NCBI GenBank assembly: GCA_945835885.1
Contig: CAMAJR010000001.1
Location: forward strand, 7,193-71,192
Direction: 5' to 3'
DNA: 64,000 nucleotides
From: an uncultured Alphaproteobacteria bacterium
GTDB taxonomy: Bacteria; Pseudomonadota; Alphaproteobacteria; RF32; CAG-239
The notes beneath the pieces were generated by a model, which was not told the DNA's origin, did no database searches, and saw only the letters and a list, made by a program, of their open reading frames with translations. Positions 41,374 through 50,089 of the stretch are shown in pieces. Numbering within the stretch: the stretch's first letter is position 1; each line of letters begins with the position of its first letter. The position numbers and the translations under genes were made by a program.

Positions 41374-42351
41374 TTAGAGTCGAATGACTGCGCCGCCCCA
41401 AGTAAAACCAGCGCCCATCGCCGTTAAAACAATGACATCGCCATTATGAAAACGTCCGGCTTCCATATTCTCGGAAAGTGCCAACGGAATCGAGGCCGCC
41501 GAGGTGTTGCCGTGGTGGTCAACCGATACGATAACTTTTTCTTTCGGCAGTTCCATACGTTCACCGACACTTTCAATAATGCGGATATTCGCTTGATGCG
41601 GAATAAGCCAATCAATATCTTTTTTGCTGATTTTTGCTTTTTGCAGGGCGGTTTCTGCCGCTTCCGATAAACTGACGACCGCGTGTTTAAACACTTCTTT
41701 GCCGTCCATTTGCACAAAACCGGCCGTTTGAGTGGAGGAAACGCCACCGTTTGTTTTGAGATGGTCAAATTGTGCGCCGTTAGCATAAAGACAGGTGCTT
41801 AACACGCCGGTATCTTCAGCCGTTCCTTTTCCTTCACAAGCGCGTAAAACGGCAGCTCCGGCCCCGTCGCCAAACAAAACGCAGGTGTTTCTGTCTGTCC
41901 AATCAACAATTTTTGAAAGACATTCTGCACCGACAATAACGGCTGTTTTAACTTGGCCGAGGCGAATCATATTGTCTGCCAGTGTCAGCGCATATACAAA
42001 TCCGGAGCAGGCCGCCGATATATCAAACGCAATCGCGCCGGCACGAAAACCGAGTTTGCCGGCAACCTTGGCAGCTGTTGACGGTGTCGTGTTATCCGGT
42101 GTTACGGTTGCGACAATCAACAAGTCAATATCTTGCGGTAACAAACCGGCATTTTTTATCGCTTTTTCTATTGCGTAGCCGGCTAAAACCGAGGTTGTTT
42201 CATCTTCTGAAGCAATATGGCGCAGACAAATTCCGGTGCGCGTGCGAATCCATTCATCATTAGTTTCAACCATATGCGATAAATCGTCATTGGTTAAAAT
42301 TTTATTCGGTAAATAGTGCCCAAAGCCGACTAATTTGCTTCTAATATACAT
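41374..42351 (-). CDS. fabH: 3-oxoacyl-ACP synthase III
   Basis: 325 aa. Active-site Cys region (AFDISAACSGFVYAL), His/Asn motifs, C-terminal GAGFTWGGAVIRL. Confidence 0.9.
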   Translation of the reverse strand: MYIRSKLVGFGHYLPNKILTNDDLSHMVETNDEWIRTRTGICLRHIASEDETTSVLAGYAIEKAIKNAGLLPQDIDLLIVATVTPDNTTPSTAAKVAGKLGFRAGAIAFDISAACSGFVYALTLADNMIRLGQVKTAVIVGAECLSKIVDWTDRNTCVLFGDGAGAAVLRACEGKGTAEDTGVLSTCLYANGAQFDHLKTNGGVSSTQTAGFVQMDGKEVFKHAVVSLSEAAETALQKAKISKKDIDWLIPHQANIRIIESVGERMELPKEKVIVSVDHHGNTSAASIPLALSENMEAGRFHNGDVIVLTAMGAGFTWGGAVIRL

Positions 42352-43405
42352 CGTATAATATGTCCTGAGATAATTCGTCTAAATCAACGTGTTCTACTTC
42401 ATCACGAATTGTTTGCACAAAGTGTTGGCGAACAAGCTTAGAGGCATTGTCTATGGCGTATGAAAAACCGAGCGAATCGGTCCCGCCGTGACTCTTTACT
42501 GACAAACCGTTTAAGCCGACAAACATTGCGCCGTTATATTTACGCGGGTCCATCTTTTTTTTCAAGGCCCAGATAACCGGCAATAAGAACGGTAAGCCGA
42601 TTTTGGACCATATCGATTTTTTGATTGTTGTTTTCAAAATGCTTGAAATAAGTTTTGCGGTGCCTTCCATTGTTTTAAGAGCGATATTGCCGGTAAAACC
42701 ATCTGATACAATGACATCGGCATATCCCTCACCGATTTGATGCGGTTCAATATAACCGATAAAGTTCAAATCAAGATGGGTGTTCTTAATCATTTTGGCT
42801 GCCTGATGAATTTCTTCACGGCCTTTCATTTCTTCGGCACCGATATTCAAAAGAGCAATACGCGGACGGGCAATATCAAGCGCATGACGTGCCAATATAT
42901 TGCCGATAATCGCAAATTCCGCCAAATTGACGGCGCTGCATTCGGTATTGGCGCCCAAATCAAGCATTACGCACATACCGCTTTTATGCGGAATATTCGT
43001 GCAAATTGCAGGGCGATGAATACGTTGAATTGTTTTAAGGAGCATTTTGGATATAGCCATTAAAGCACCGGTATTTCCGGCGGATATAACGGCCTCGGCT
43101 TCGCCTTTGCGCACGGCGTCAATAGCCATATACATACTAGTGTTTTTGTTGCGGATAACTTGCGACGGTTTATCTTCGTTGCGCACAAATTCCGGTGTAT
43201 GAATGATTTTGCAATAATCTTTCATTTTTGGAAAACGCTTAAAGTCAACATTGATTTTTTCTTCGTCGCCAAACAACAAAAACTTAATATCGGGATTATT
43301 TTTATGTGCTAAATTTATCCCTTCCACTACGATGCGAGGGGAATTATCTCCCCCCATTGCATCTACAGATATGACCAGATTATTTTCAGACAAAACCTGC
43401 TCCAT
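42341..43405 (-). CDS. plsX: phosphate acyltransferase PlsX
   Basis: 354 aa. Full PlsX similarity (ISVDAMGGDNSP, SHGGTD). Confidence 0.9.
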   Translation of the reverse strand: MEQVLSENNLVISVDAMGGDNSPRIVVEGINLAHKNNPDIKFLLFGDEEKINVDFKRFPKMKDYCKIIHTPEFVRNEDKPSQVIRNKNTSMYMAIDAVRKGEAEAVISAGNTGALMAISKMLLKTIQRIHRPAICTNIPHKSGMCVMLDLGANTECSAVNLAEFAIIGNILARHALDIARPRIALLNIGAEEMKGREEIHQAAKMIKNTHLDLNFIGYIEPHQIGEGYADVIVSDGFTGNIALKTMEGTAKLISSILKTTIKKSIWSKIGLPFLLPVIWALKKKMDPRKYNGAMFVGLNGLSVKSHGGTDSLGFSYAIDNASKLVRQHFVQTIRDEVEHVDLDELSQDILYDVY

Positions 43406-43426
43406 ATTTTATAAGTTCAAAAAAGA

Positions 43427-43612
43427 TTATTTTGCCGCCTTTTGAGCAACAACATCTTTGCCATCATATTGACCGCATTTCGGGCAAACATGATGAGGTC
43501 TCTTGAGTTCGCCGCAATTCGGGCATTCCTGATACGCATTCGGCGTCAAGGCATCATGCGAACGGCGCATATCGCGACGAGATTTTGATACTTTTTTCTT
43601 TGGTGTAGCCAT
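43427..43612 (-). CDS. rpmF: 50S ribosomal protein L32
   Basis: 61 aa. [22 protein letters not shown] plus zinc-ribbon CPNCG...CPKCG. Confidence 0.9.
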   Translation of the reverse strand: MATPKKKVSKSRRDMRRSHDALTPNAYQECPNCGELKRPHHVCPKCGQYDGKDVVAQKAAK

Positions 43613-43829
43613 TTTTCTTCTCTTTAGTTAATTACATTACACAAACATTCGGCGCTATAAATAGCACAGCTTTATTTAAAAAGCAAGCAAAATATCGCAA
43701 CCGAACAATTATGCTCTCTTGTATATACTTTTTTTGCGCTTTGCAAGCATTTTTTTTATTTTATTTGTTCTATATAACAAAATTGTTGAAAAAGCAAGCA
43801 CGCCATTCTGAGGCAAAGGCGAAGGAGGC

Positions 43830-43957
43830 GAAGAATCTCCTAAGACGCTGTGCAATCTACCGCAAAGTGATTATATTGCCGCTTTATAACACCCGAGGCT
43901 GCACGGCGGGAGAGGGGATTCTCACGTCGGCATTCTCCTCCTCAGGATGACCGTCAT
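43830..43957 (-). repeat. copy B of the ~130-bp structured repeat element (inverted relative to copy A)
   Basis: Reverse complement aligns to 40491..40617 (gaagaatctcctaa...ccgcaaagtgattatattgccg...ctcacgtcggcat...cctcctcag). Lies at the 3' end of the minus-strand gene 44083..44706, just after that gene's terminator. Confidence 0.6.
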
Positions 43958-44082
43958 ATTTTTTGCTCATATTTCAACAAATTCGTTTAACAAAGCGTTT
44001 TTATTCTGATTTTCAGGGGAAAAATAAAAAAAACGGAAAGCGTATGTTTCGCCTTCCGCGCAGAAAGTTATCGGGCAATAAA

Positions 44083-44706
44083 CTACAACGCCGGTATGTT
44101 AATGGCGGCAATCTGCCCCGGCTTAATACGTTGTTGCCCGTAGTGCATATTATTTACTTCAATCATATAGGCCTCACGTCCCGTCCATTTGGCGGCGGTC
44201 GTGTAAAAGTCTTTGCCCGACACTTCTTGCGTTTTCGGGTTGACGATATATAATACGCACGGTTGCTGATATTCTACCAAACCGCAACGACTGCGTCCTC
44301 TCGGAACATCGGGGTTAAATACAACACCATCCAAGCCCTGACCGGTAACGGTGCGCGAACGCGGAGCCACCATATAGCCGAGTATTATACCGATTAAACA
44401 AGCAATAAACATCAATATCTGAACATTTTTGCTTTGAATAATATCTTTCATCGACTCAGTGTGCTCATTATACAACTCCGCATCGGTAATAAAGTGAATG
44501 CTCTCTGCTTCACCGTTGTTATCAAAGATAATATTATCGCCGTTATCTGAAAAAAATGAATCCGGTGACGACGGCTGCTGTTCCGGTTGCGTATAGTTGA
44601 CTTTCGTCGGGGTTCCGAAACTGGTCGGCTGATTAATCGGCTGAGTTTTTATCTTTTTGATTTTTCTTAATTTTCTCGGTGGAACTGAATTTGGTGTATC
44701 TGCCAT
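44083..44706 (-). CDS. hypothetical bitopic membrane protein (possible secretin/pilus-assembly partner)
   Basis: 207 aa. Pro/Ser/Gln-rich cytoplasmic N-terminus, one TM (ILMFIACLIGIILGYMV), ~110-aa periplasmic C-terminal domain. Starts 17 bp after the secretin-like gene. Confidence 0.45.
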   Translation of the reverse strand: MADTPNSVPPRKLRKIKKIKTQPINQPTSFGTPTKVNYTQPEQQPSSPDSFFSDNGDNIIFDNNGEAESIHFITDAELYNEHTESMKDIIQSKNVQILMFIACLIGIILGYMVAPRSRTVTGQGLDGVVFNPDVPRGRSRCGLVEYQQPCVLYIVNPKTQEVSGKDFYTTAAKWTGREAYMIEVNNMHYGQQRIKPGQIAAINIPAL

Positions 44707-44723
44707 AATAAAACCTCGTCAAA

Positions 44724-46004
44724 TTAAAGATTATTTTTAACTTTTTCATTTGTTTTTAGGGTGCGAATCAAACGCGGAACCATAAAGACAATGGTTTCCG
44801 ACTTAGGCGAATCGATGCCGAACAGTTCGTTTGGCAAGCCAATCATCAGGAAATTTTCGCCGAGTTTGCTTCTAATATTAAATTTTGTGACTTGACCGTC
44901 GGTAACTTCCAAAGTGGCATCCGTAAAGATTTTATTGCCTTTTTCAACAGAGGCCTTTGCCAAGATGGACATCCCGTAAGGGTCTGCGCCCGGTGCACTG
45001 CATTTGCCGATATCAAACCGCGCCAACCACAAGTTCGGAACAACAAATTTGCCTTCGGAAACTGCTTCAATTCTTGCTTGATTACCAAGGAATTGCTGCA
45101 ATTTTTCAACCGAAATATCGTTGCTGGTGGTCAAAATGCGACCGATAACGCCGGTCTGCGCCGTGGTAATTGAGCCGAAATCAAACGCGTTCAGCATCTC
45201 TTTCCACTCAATATCTTTCGATTGGTCAAACGGATAAAGCCGGAAGACGCTGACATCGTAGGCCACTAAAGTAGGGCTTCCTTCAAAAAACTTTATCAGT
45301 TCGGTTATCTTCTTTTGGGTATCTATGTCGGCATCAAAGGTTATCGAGTAATCCGACCAATTTGCCACAATATTTGTAATACCGGCACCGCGAATCACGT
45401 CAAGCAAACCAAGCATTATCGGGCGAGAATGCGGCAGATACAGCGTCATATTGGCGTGACGACTCATTGTCAGGATTTTATCTTTAGCATTATAAGAATA
45501 ATAAACACCGGCAGATTCGGCAATCATTTTAATAACCTCAGAAAATTCACCCTTCAAATCTTGCGCCGAAATGCTGGTATAAGGTCCGTCAGCTGACGAA
45601 ATACGAATCCCGGCTTCTTTGGTCAGACGCACCATTGCTTGTTCGGCCGGCATCATATCGAATGTAAAGCCGTTGACTTTAAAGCGCGGTAACGGGTCGT
45701 TTTGACCGTTGCGTTCGAGCTTAAAGGCAGATTTGGCATACGGCAGGGTTAAAATCATTTGTTGGTCTTCCCAGTTGACGTTGCAACGAAGCGGGGTTTC
45801 CAAATCGAGTGCATTGGCACCTTCTGTCGTGCGAATCATATACGGATTTTGCTTTTCCGATTTTAGAGGTTCGACTTTTAAGCTTTCCTGATACTCTTCT
45901 TCCAATTCTTTAAGAAGGACTTCCTGATCTTCAACACATGCTGCCAAAACAATGGCTAAAGCTGTCAGAAAAATGTAAAAACTTATTTGATAAAACTTTT
46001 TCAT
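44724..46004 (-). CDS. secretin-family outer-membrane lipoprotein (compact secretin with N0/N1-like and C-terminal secretin domain)
   Basis: 426 aa. Lipobox IVLAAC. C-terminus GENFLMIGLPNELFGIDSPKSETIVFMVPRLIR resembles the conserved secretin C-domain tail (IPxLGxLFG....E..iFitPri). Size and lipidation resemble T4bP/BfpB/TcpC/PilN-type secretins. Confidence 0.5.
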   Translation of the reverse strand: MKKFYQISFYIFLTALAIVLAACVEDQEVLLKELEEEYQESLKVEPLKSEKQNPYMIRTTEGANALDLETPLRCNVNWEDQQMILTLPYAKSAFKLERNGQNDPLPRFKVNGFTFDMMPAEQAMVRLTKEAGIRISSADGPYTSISAQDLKGEFSEVIKMIAESAGVYYSYNAKDKILTMSRHANMTLYLPHSRPIMLGLLDVIRGAGITNIVANWSDYSITFDADIDTQKKITELIKFFEGSPTLVAYDVSVFRLYPFDQSKDIEWKEMLNAFDFGSITTAQTGVIGRILTTSNDISVEKLQQFLGNQARIEAVSEGKFVVPNLWLARFDIGKCSAPGADPYGMSILAKASVEKGNKIFTDATLEVTDGQVTKFNIRSKLGENFLMIGLPNELFGIDSPKSETIVFMVPRLIRTLKTNEKVKNNL

Positions 46005-46023
46005 GCGTTTGCTTTCCGTTAAG

Positions 46024-46539
46024 TTATGATTGATTCTGCTTATTTTCGCTATTGTTTTGAGCGTTTTCGGACATCAGTTTATTCATTAAATCATCGATAT
46101 TCATACCGGCACCGACAGTCGGATCGACAGCTTTATCGAAATTGCTCATAACTTCGTTCATTTTTTGAGCCTCGTTCGGGTCTGTCCGAAGCATCTCCGG
46201 CGATTGATTATTCGTCAATTCTTTTTGATAAAGAGATAAATTTTTCTTTAAGGCGGCAATACCGCCGGCAATTTTCTTTTCAACATAAGGATGCAGTTCT
46301 TTGTGTTCTAAAATATAATTACCCGTATCGCAAATTTCTTCTAAAACATCTAAAATATACGGATAAAATTTATATTCTTCCAAAGCAATGTTACCCATGC
46401 GCACGCAACGGGCTGCGATTCGTGATATTGTGCGGTCGTAATAATCAATCAACACAATATAATTATGCACATACCACAAGCTGTCTTTAGATACGGCCGG
46501 TCCGATGTTTTGCGGTGTGTTTGTATATGCTTCTGCCAT
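46024..46539 (-). CDS. hypothetical soluble protein
   Basis: 171 aa. No signal peptide. No recognisable motif. Asn/Gln-rich tail. Confidence 0.45.
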   Translation of the reverse strand: MAEAYTNTPQNIGPAVSKDSLWYVHNYIVLIDYYDRTISRIAARCVRMGNIALEEYKFYPYILDVLEEICDTGNYILEHKELHPYVEKKIAGGIAALKKNLSLYQKELTNNQSPEMLRTDPNEAQKMNEVMSNFDKAVDPTVGAGMNIDDLMNKLMSENAQNNSENKQNQS

Positions 46540-46612
46540 AATTTGTCCCTCTACAATGTTTTCAGTTTAATCGCATACGTTTTATTTGTAAATATATTTT
46601 TGCGGATATGCG

Positions 46613-48925
46613 CTAAGCTTTAATCGGATTACCGTTTTCATCAACATATTCATATTCCCATTCGTCATCGTCGGACGGATTTATCGGGTTGCCGTTTTCA
46701 TCGACGTATTCATACTCAACGTTATCATCAGACGGATTTATCGGGTTGCCGTTTTCATCGACGTATTCATATTCAACGTTATCGTCAGACGGATTTATCG
46801 GGTTGCCGTTTTCATCGACGTATTCATATTCATATTCGTATTCCCATTCGTTATCGTCCGAAGCTTCGTTCGGTGTATCGCTGCCGCCGATATATTTCCA
46901 AGAGCTATCGGCAAAAGCAGAAGCGGTGTTATCGGTCGGAGTATTGTTATGGTTACTTTGCGCAGTAAAAGAATCATCGGCAGAAAAGGCATTTTGCAAA
47001 TCATCTTCCGGCGAAAGCGAGATTGGCGAAATATCGTCATCAAAATCGTTAAGTGAAATTTGTTTGTCGGGATGAAGTGCGCTGCGAATTTGCGCCATTG
47101 GGTCAAAGTCTTTTGTTATTTGCTCGGAAGCCGGTGTCGCAATATCGTCAATCTCTTTCGTCGAATCCGAAAAAACGGTGTCAAAAGCTTGTGCAAAAGA
47201 ATCGGCTTGCAGACTGTCGTCCTCCTTCTTTTGCGTATTTTCCGAATGTAAGGAATTGGCGACTTGCGCAAATATATCGTTAATATCAATTTCGTTGTCT
47301 GCCAAATCGTTATTCCTTATATCGTGTTCGGAGTTTGAATTGACCTGAGATAAATCGTTCACAACCGAATCGGCCTTCTTTTCCGGTTTTTGTTCTTTCT
47401 TCGGCTCTTGTTTCGGTGCTTGTTTAACTTCCGGTTTTTGTTCTTTCTTCGGCTCTTGTTTCGGCGCTTGCCGGACTTCCGGTTTTTGTTCTTGCTTCGG
47501 CTCTTGTTTCGGCGCTTGTTTAACTTCCGGTTTTTGTTCTTTCTTCGGCTCCTGTTTCGGCGCATTCTTTTCGGTGCTTGTATTCTTTTGCGGTGTGATA
47601 ACCGACTTAGAAACTTTTTCTGAAATATCTGCCTCAATATTTTCGGAAGCGGACGCACTTAATACGCTCACCGGTTTCGGTTTGTTTGGCGCGCTGTAAG
47701 AAGTTTGATTTTTTGCTTGAGCGGAAGGTGTTGAATTAGTCGCATCTTCAGTCGGCACTTGCATAAATTTATCAAAAATTGATGAATTGTGATTTGAGGT
47801 TTTAATTGAAGAAATCAATTCGCGTTGCGAATCGGTAATTGTTTTTGAAAGCATTTCACCGAACGACTTCAGAACATTCATTTGCTGTTGTGCATTTTCT
47901 TTAAGCACGGTCGATATTGAATCTGTAAAATTCGGTAGCAATACACCATTGGAAGAAGTGTTTTGCTGCACAATATTGTTTGTAGCAATTTGTTTGATAC
48001 TTTCCGTTAAATTTTCCAAATTATGCGAATAGGCCTCAAACGATGCCGTCAGGGCTTTAGAAAAATCTCCGCCGAGTTCAATAGATGCCGGAGATGCCGA
48101 TACAACAGGAGTTTGGTGTTGGTTTTCGGCAATTTTTTTTACGCTCTTGGTTAAATCCTCTAAGTTGCGGGCATAAGTATCAAACGATGTTGTCAGCGAT
48201 TTTGCAACTTCTCCGTCAAGTTCGGAAGATGCCGAAGTTGACGGTGCCGAATGATGGCTCTCCGCAATTTGTTTAATGCTGGAAGTTAAATCTTTCAGGT
48301 CTTGTGAGTAGGACTGAAAGGAAGCGGTTAACGCCTTGGTGTAATCATTATTCGGAGTGCTTCCGGCAGAGTGTGTCGGTGTATTCAGAGCCATTTTTTG
48401 AATGTTTGCCGATAAATCTTTCAGATTTTGCGAATACGCCTTAAATGAATCGGTCAATGCATTGGTAAAATCACTGCTTAATTCTATCGGAGCTGAAACA
48501 ACTTGCGGTGCGATTGCCGGAACGCCTGCCGGTGCTGCTAATGCCGGCGCAGATGGTGCCGCGGCGATTTTATTGTCGGAAAAGTGGTCGTTTTGCGAAA
48601 GAGAAAGCAACAAAGCATCAAGGGCCGGATCTCTTTTTCCGGCTTCTTCCATCAATTCGGCAATATGCTCAAGCAAAACGCGTCCGCCCGGTAATAAAGC
48701 AATAATTTTGCGGATTTCTTGAGGTATTTCAAGAAGTTGTTTCTTGAATTGTTCTTGTCGGAACTCTTTGAAAATGTGAATTTGGTGGAAAATGTTCAGA
48801 TAACGTTGAGCCGTCAGAAGGACATCTTCTTCGTCATCTTTATTTCCTTTAAATTCTGCATTTGCATTAAGTTCGGTATTGCTATTATCCGATTGCGTGA
48901 CAAGATTATTATTTTCTTCCGACAC
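46613..48925 (-). CDS. large hydrophilic multi-repeat protein (candidate secreted effector / surface protein)
   Basis: 770 aa. GTG start with AGGAG upstream. No signal peptide. Five copies of a ~40-aa module (x-LT-SF-xYSQ-L-DLT-SIK-IAE), four copies of a KQEPKKEQKPEVKQAP 16-mer, C-terminal EYEYVDENGNPINPSDDNV 19-mer x4. Confidence 0.6.
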   Translation of the reverse strand: MSEENNNLVTQSDNSNTELNANAEFKGNKDDEEDVLLTAQRYLNIFHQIHIFKEFRQEQFKKQLLEIPQEIRKIIALLPGGRVLLEHIAELMEEAGKRDPALDALLLSLSQNDHFSDNKIAAAPSAPALAAPAGVPAIAPQVVSAPIELSSDFTNALTDSFKAYSQNLKDLSANIQKMALNTPTHSAGSTPNNDYTKALTASFQSYSQDLKDLTSSIKQIAESHHSAPSTSASSELDGEVAKSLTTSFDTYARNLEDLTKSVKKIAENQHQTPVVSASPASIELGGDFSKALTASFEAYSHNLENLTESIKQIATNNIVQQNTSSNGVLLPNFTDSISTVLKENAQQQMNVLKSFGEMLSKTITDSQRELISSIKTSNHNSSIFDKFMQVPTEDATNSTPSAQAKNQTSYSAPNKPKPVSVLSASASENIEADISEKVSKSVITPQKNTSTEKNAPKQEPKKEQKPEVKQAPKQEPKQEQKPEVRQAPKQEPKKEQKPEVKQAPKQEPKKEQKPEKKADSVVNDLSQVNSNSEHDIRNNDLADNEIDINDIFAQVANSLHSENTQKKEDDSLQADSFAQAFDTVFSDSTKEIDDIATPASEQITKDFDPMAQIRSALHPDKQISLNDFDDDISPISLSPEDDLQNAFSADDSFTAQSNHNNTPTDNTASAFADSSWKYIGGSDTPNEASDDNEWEYEYEYEYVDENGNPINPSDDNVEYEYVDENGNPINPSDDNVEYEYVDENGNPINPSDDDEWEYEYVDENGNPIKA
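46626..46850 (-). repeat. 57-bp tandem repeats (x4) in the 3' end of the 770-aa gene
   Basis: ggatttatcgggttgccgttttcatcgacgtattcat... recurs with a 57-bp period. Encodes EYEYVDENGNPINPSDDNV. Confidence 0.85.
47381..47572 (-). repeat. 48-bp tandem repeats (x4) inside the 770-aa gene
   Basis: ttccggtttttgttctttcttcggctcttgtttcgg... with a 48-bp period. Encodes the Lys/Pro/Glu-rich 16-mers. Confidence 0.85.
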
Positions 48926-48939
48926 TACAGATGGCTCCT

Positions 48940-48975
48940 CTCTTAAAATTCACTCTCTCCATTCTACAACAGAGA
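48940..48975 (-). terminator. 8-bp inverted repeat hairpin between regulator gene and 770-aa gene (terminator or operator-like)
   Basis: actctctc-(12 nt)-gagagagt. Only a weak T-tract on the minus strand. Confidence 0.3.
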
Positions 48976-49015
48976 GAGTAAATTTCTTGTTAAAATCACA
49001 TAAGCATTAAGATTA

Positions 49016-49990
49016 TTACAAGTTAATAACCGCAACTTTATGCAACTTTGTCAAATCGCTGTTAGAAAAGTTTATTCTCTCGTCAGGATTCCAACGCAAA
49101 CCGTAAAGTTGACCGTTTTCATCTTCGCGAATACTGAGTAATTTTGTTTCGGTATCGCTTGCGTAAAACAAAGCTATGTCACCGGAACTTACGACTTCGT
49201 TCGGATCAATAATCAAAACGGAGCGACTGGACAATAAAGAGCCCAAACGCCGAGAGCACAAGTTGACCGCATAAATATTGTGCTTATGCTGCAACTGGGT
49301 AGGGCAAGCGATTTCTTTAAAATTGGTGCGTGTGTCTATAATGATGTTGCCTTCACTGTCACCAGAACCGTAGACCGGTATCATAATATCATTATCACTT
49401 TCTGTAGATGAAAGACCGATGTTAGCGTAACGTGCATTGTTCAAAAGTTTGTAACGTGTGTCGTTATGTTCGATAATATCTTCGAGCTGTCCGCCGGCTT
49501 CAAGCGCTTGAATTTCGGCCTTAAGCTTATCAACCGTAGTAGAAAAAGCTTTGGCAATATTTTTGTATTCTTTATCGGAAACTTCGCGTTGTCCCATTTC
49601 AATACGATGGTAGACGGAAAGAGTCATATCTGCGTGTTCGGCAACTTCAATCAAGGTCAGTCCCTTATTGGTGCGGATATGGCGTAAGCCGGCTCCAAGT
49701 GTCTTCAGTCCGGCAGTCTGATTAATTTTGCTGCGACGCTCTTGCTCACGTTTCCATGCCTGAACAACATCTTGCTGTGAGTTTTGCTCGTTGACGTATA
49801 AATCTTGTAGCGAACAATCAAGTAATTCGGCAACTTGAATCAGCTGTTCTTGATTTAACCGGCGATAACCCTTTTCAATTTTAGAAATAGCAGACAAACT
49901 GACACCCAAATGGTCAGCCAACTCTTGCATCGGCATACCATGCAGGCGACGATGCATTCTTATTTGATTTGGGAAAATAATTTCTTCCAT
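49016..49990 (-). CDS. XRE-family transcriptional regulator with two tandem HTH domains and a C-terminal beta-rich domain
   Basis: ORF track start at 50035 lies in AT-rich DNA. ATG at 49990 (MEEIIFPNQIR...) with AGGGGT RBS is preferred. HTH 1: MQELADHLGVSLSAISKIEKG. HTH 2: LTLIEVAEHADMTLSVYHRIEMG. C-terminal ~150 aa possibly S24/LexA-like, but no clear GDSM. Confidence 0.7.
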   Translation of the reverse strand: MEEIIFPNQIRMHRRLHGMPMQELADHLGVSLSAISKIEKGYRRLNQEQLIQVAELLDCSLQDLYVNEQNSQQDVVQAWKREQERRSKINQTAGLKTLGAGLRHIRTNKGLTLIEVAEHADMTLSVYHRIEMGQREVSDKEYKNIAKAFSTTVDKLKAEIQALEAGGQLEDIIEHNDTRYKLLNNARYANIGLSSTESDNDIMIPVYGSGDSEGNIIIDTRTNFKEIACPTQLQHKHNIYAVNLCSRRLGSLLSSRSVLIIDPNEVVSSGDIALFYASDTETKLLSIREDENGQLYGLRWNPDERINFSNSDLTKLHKVAVINL

Positions 49991-50089
49991 TTTTAACCCC
50001 TGTAAATACATAATATTTAACATCATAATATTCATTTAGGGACAAAATGCAAGCCAAAAATAGCGATTATATACAAAATTTATTTGCGC

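Noticed and set aside
47359-47658. 99-aa Lys/Arg-rich ORF
   Set aside because: Alternative frame of the 48-bp repeats inside the 770-aa gene.
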